A DNA stretch of 63,946 nt from a virus (lineage: Duplodnaviria > Caudoviricetes). Position 1 is the first letter of the stretch, and the number at the start of each line of letters is the position of its first letter. Below the pieces are notes generated by a model. It made no database searches. It was not told the origin of the DNA and saw only the letters and a program-made list of their open reading frames with translations. The translations under genes and the position numbers were made by a program. Shown in pieces: positions 62,288-63,946 of the stretch. The stretch covers positions 1 through 63,946 of IMG/VR virus record IMGVR_UViG_3300036851_000534; one strand, written 5' to 3'.

Positions 62288-62524
62288 GGTGGGCGCCCCT
62301 TTCGGCCGGCGCATTTCCTCCATCTGAGCGACGGCATCAATCGCGCCGCGTTGGGCCTCCATATAGGCCTCGGACGGGCATTTGTCGATCTCCTGTCCGG
62401 CGCGGTAGTGGCGCCACACGGCGCGCTTCAGAGGCGCCGGCACGAGGCGCCAGTGCCGCAGACACATGAGCAGACGCGGATCAACTTCGACGTGGCAGCC
62501 CCGTGTGTGGCATTTGTGGCTCAT
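62270..62524 (-). CDS. Small Cys/His phage protein
   Basis: H.CH..GC...V...LLMC..HW..VP. Confidence 0.6.
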   Translation of the reverse strand: MSHKCHTRGCHVEVDPRLLMCLRHWRLVPAPLKRAVWRHYRAGQEIDKCPSEAYMEAQRGAIDAVAQMEEMRRPKGAPTLPLEE

Positions 62525-63108
62525 GACTCCTCCAGCGGCGAGAACACCCCGAGGCGCTCGCCGACCTGGGCGGCGATGCGGGCGTCGGCCAGGGCGCGAT
62601 GCGTGCCGGTCCAGGGGAGATCGAGGGCGGCGCAGGCGCGAAAGAGCGAAAAGTGCTCGCGCTCCGGGGCGAAGCGGTTGGCGGCGGCGCGCATGAGGCA
62701 TGGTCCCCATTGAAACTCCATCCCGGCCTCCTGGATTGCTGCCGGGAGATCGGGGAGGAACCCCTGCTCGAAGTGCAGATTATAGCTCGTCGCGATGATC
62801 TCCGCTGCCTCGTGAAACGTCAGATTGATGGCCAGGCTCCGCATCGCCTGGGCCAGGTCAGGAACCGTTCCCTCGGCGATGCGGCCTTCCTCCGCCGGCG
62901 TCAGTCCCGAGATCCGCCGCGCGAGGGCGCGATGCTCCTCCGTCCAGTGGTGGGCGGCGGGCCGGATGAGCTGCTCCCCGGCGGCAATCTCCCGCGCGTT
63001 GGCCGGCGCCGCTGGATCCCACAGCACCGCCCCGAGCTGCCAGACGCCGGCGGTGGTGGGGTCAAGGCCGGTGGTCTCCACGTCGAGGATCAGCCAGAGG
63101 GCGGACAT
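62521..63108 (-). CDS. DEDDh 3'-5' exonuclease (DnaQ-like)
   Basis: LDVETTGL; YN..FE; HRALADA. Confidence 0.85.
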   Translation of the reverse strand: MSALWLILDVETTGLDPTTAGVWQLGAVLWDPAAPANAREIAAGEQLIRPAAHHWTEEHRALARRISGLTPAEEGRIAEGTVPDLAQAMRSLAINLTFHEAAEIIATSYNLHFEQGFLPDLPAAIQEAGMEFQWGPCLMRAAANRFAPEREHFSLFRACAALDLPWTGTHRALADARIAAQVGERLGVFSPLEES

Positions 63109-63109
63109 T

Positions 63110-63400
63110 TCATGCCTCCTCCCGGGCCAGTCCCGGCCCATAATGACGCGCCCAGGCGGCCAACAGCGCCTCCTCGTCCACCTCATAGTGGCGGGCGACG
63201 TGCGGCAGGAGCCAGAGGAGCCGGCTCTGCCAATCCGGGAACCGGGCCCAGAGCGCGGCCGGCAGGCGGGCCAGACGCAGGCGCGCCAGGGTCGGCAGCG
63301 CGCCGAAGTGGAGGTCTTCCTCCTGACGGTCCTGGGGATCCGGAGCATTACTCCGGGGTTCGCAGGGGAGGGCGTAACCATTGAGGATCAGGGCGCTCAT
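63110..63400 (-). CDS. Hypothetical protein
   Basis: ATGA coupling. Confidence 0.5.
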   Translation of the reverse strand: MSALILNGYALPCEPRSNAPDPQDRQEEDLHFGALPTLARLRLARLPAALWARFPDWQSRLLWLLPHVARHYEVDEEALLAAWARHYGPGLAREEA

Positions 63401-63822
63401 GGCGCGCTTTCCTCTGCCTCGCATGCCGGACACTCCCAGTCCCCGCGCGGCGCCGGGCGCACCGGCCGTCCGCACTGACCGCAGAGGAGCAGCACGCGCA
63501 GCGCCTGCGTCCCCTTCCCTCCGGGCCCGGGGGCGAGCGCCTCCCCGAGCCAGGAATGGGTCTCGCCCACTGCGCCGGCGTAGGCCGCGGCGCCGGCCGG
63601 GTCCGCTTCATGCCAGCCTTCCCAGCACTCCCGCGCGATGGTGGTCGCCTCGACGGCCCGCTCGGCGGCGTCTTGCAGCTCGCGCACGGTCTCGAAGTGC
63701 GCCTGCTGGAGAATGGTGCTCGCTTCGACGGCGCGCTCGGCGGCGTCTTGCATCTGTTCTACGAGGGACTGCAAATCGACGCTGCCGTTCATTAGAAACG
63801 GCGGGTCATCATAGATGCTCAT
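63397..63822 (-). CDS. Hypothetical protein with a 25-aa-period internal repeat and C-terminal Zn ribbon
   Basis: QDAAERAVEA(S/T)TI twice; CGQC...CPAC. Confidence 0.55.
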   Translation of the reverse strand: MSIYDDPPFLMNGSVDLQSLVEQMQDAAERAVEASTILQQAHFETVRELQDAAERAVEATTIARECWEGWHEADPAGAAAYAGAVGETHSWLGEALAPGPGGKGTQALRVLLLCGQCGRPVRPAPRGDWECPACEAEESAP

Positions 63823-63946
63823 CCTGCCGCTCCTTTCGCGGCTTCCCGCCGCTCTTTCTCCGCCTTGATGCGTTTCCGCAGTTCCATGCCATAGCTATAG
63901 AGAGCGGCGTTGGTCTCCTCCTCCGGCACGATCGGCGCGAGCACTG
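63820..63946. repeat. Terminal direct repeat, copy 2
   Basis: Identical to 1-127. Confidence 0.95.

Overview
The window is an apparently complete, circularly assembled, GC-rich tailed dsDNA phage genome. Bases 1-127 are repeated at 63820-63946, and a reading frame runs cleanly across that join. The + strand carries an HK97-type morphogenesis module: terS, terL, portal, prohead protease, major capsid, connectors, two tail-tube-like paralogs, chaperones, a short tape measure and scattered tail/fibre genes. The - strand carries many small early genes, a Rad52-like annealase, a DEDDh exonuclease, a RusA-like protein, a sigma-70-like factor with extra HTHs and an NrS-1/D5-type primase-helicase followed by iterons. 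There are three DNA methyltransferases and five free-standing homing-endonuclease-like genes (2 GIY-YIG, 3 HNH-type). An amidase endolysin sits beside an NlpC/P60-like protein and a subtilisin-CAP fusion. I found no integrase or intact repressor, but there is a dif-like site and a frameshifted XRE gene. The main discovery is a recurring insertion strategy. At four loci an inserted cassette splits the end of a phage gene and supplies a recoded replacement terminus, leaving the old terminus orphaned on the other side. Three of these cassettes encode protein endonucleases. The fourth (45283-45764) encodes no nuclease but carries a highly structured, omegaRNA-like non-coding segment. Its 5' 22 nt copy the insertion site, the orphaned allele has ATGA immediately after that site, and the recoded allele has ACGA. 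This is a candidate RNA-guided homing cassette. Other candidate ncRNAs are a D-armless tRNA-like RNA (4495-4575) and a pseudoknotted RNA (23621-23748). All family calls come from motif recognition by eye; no database searches were run.
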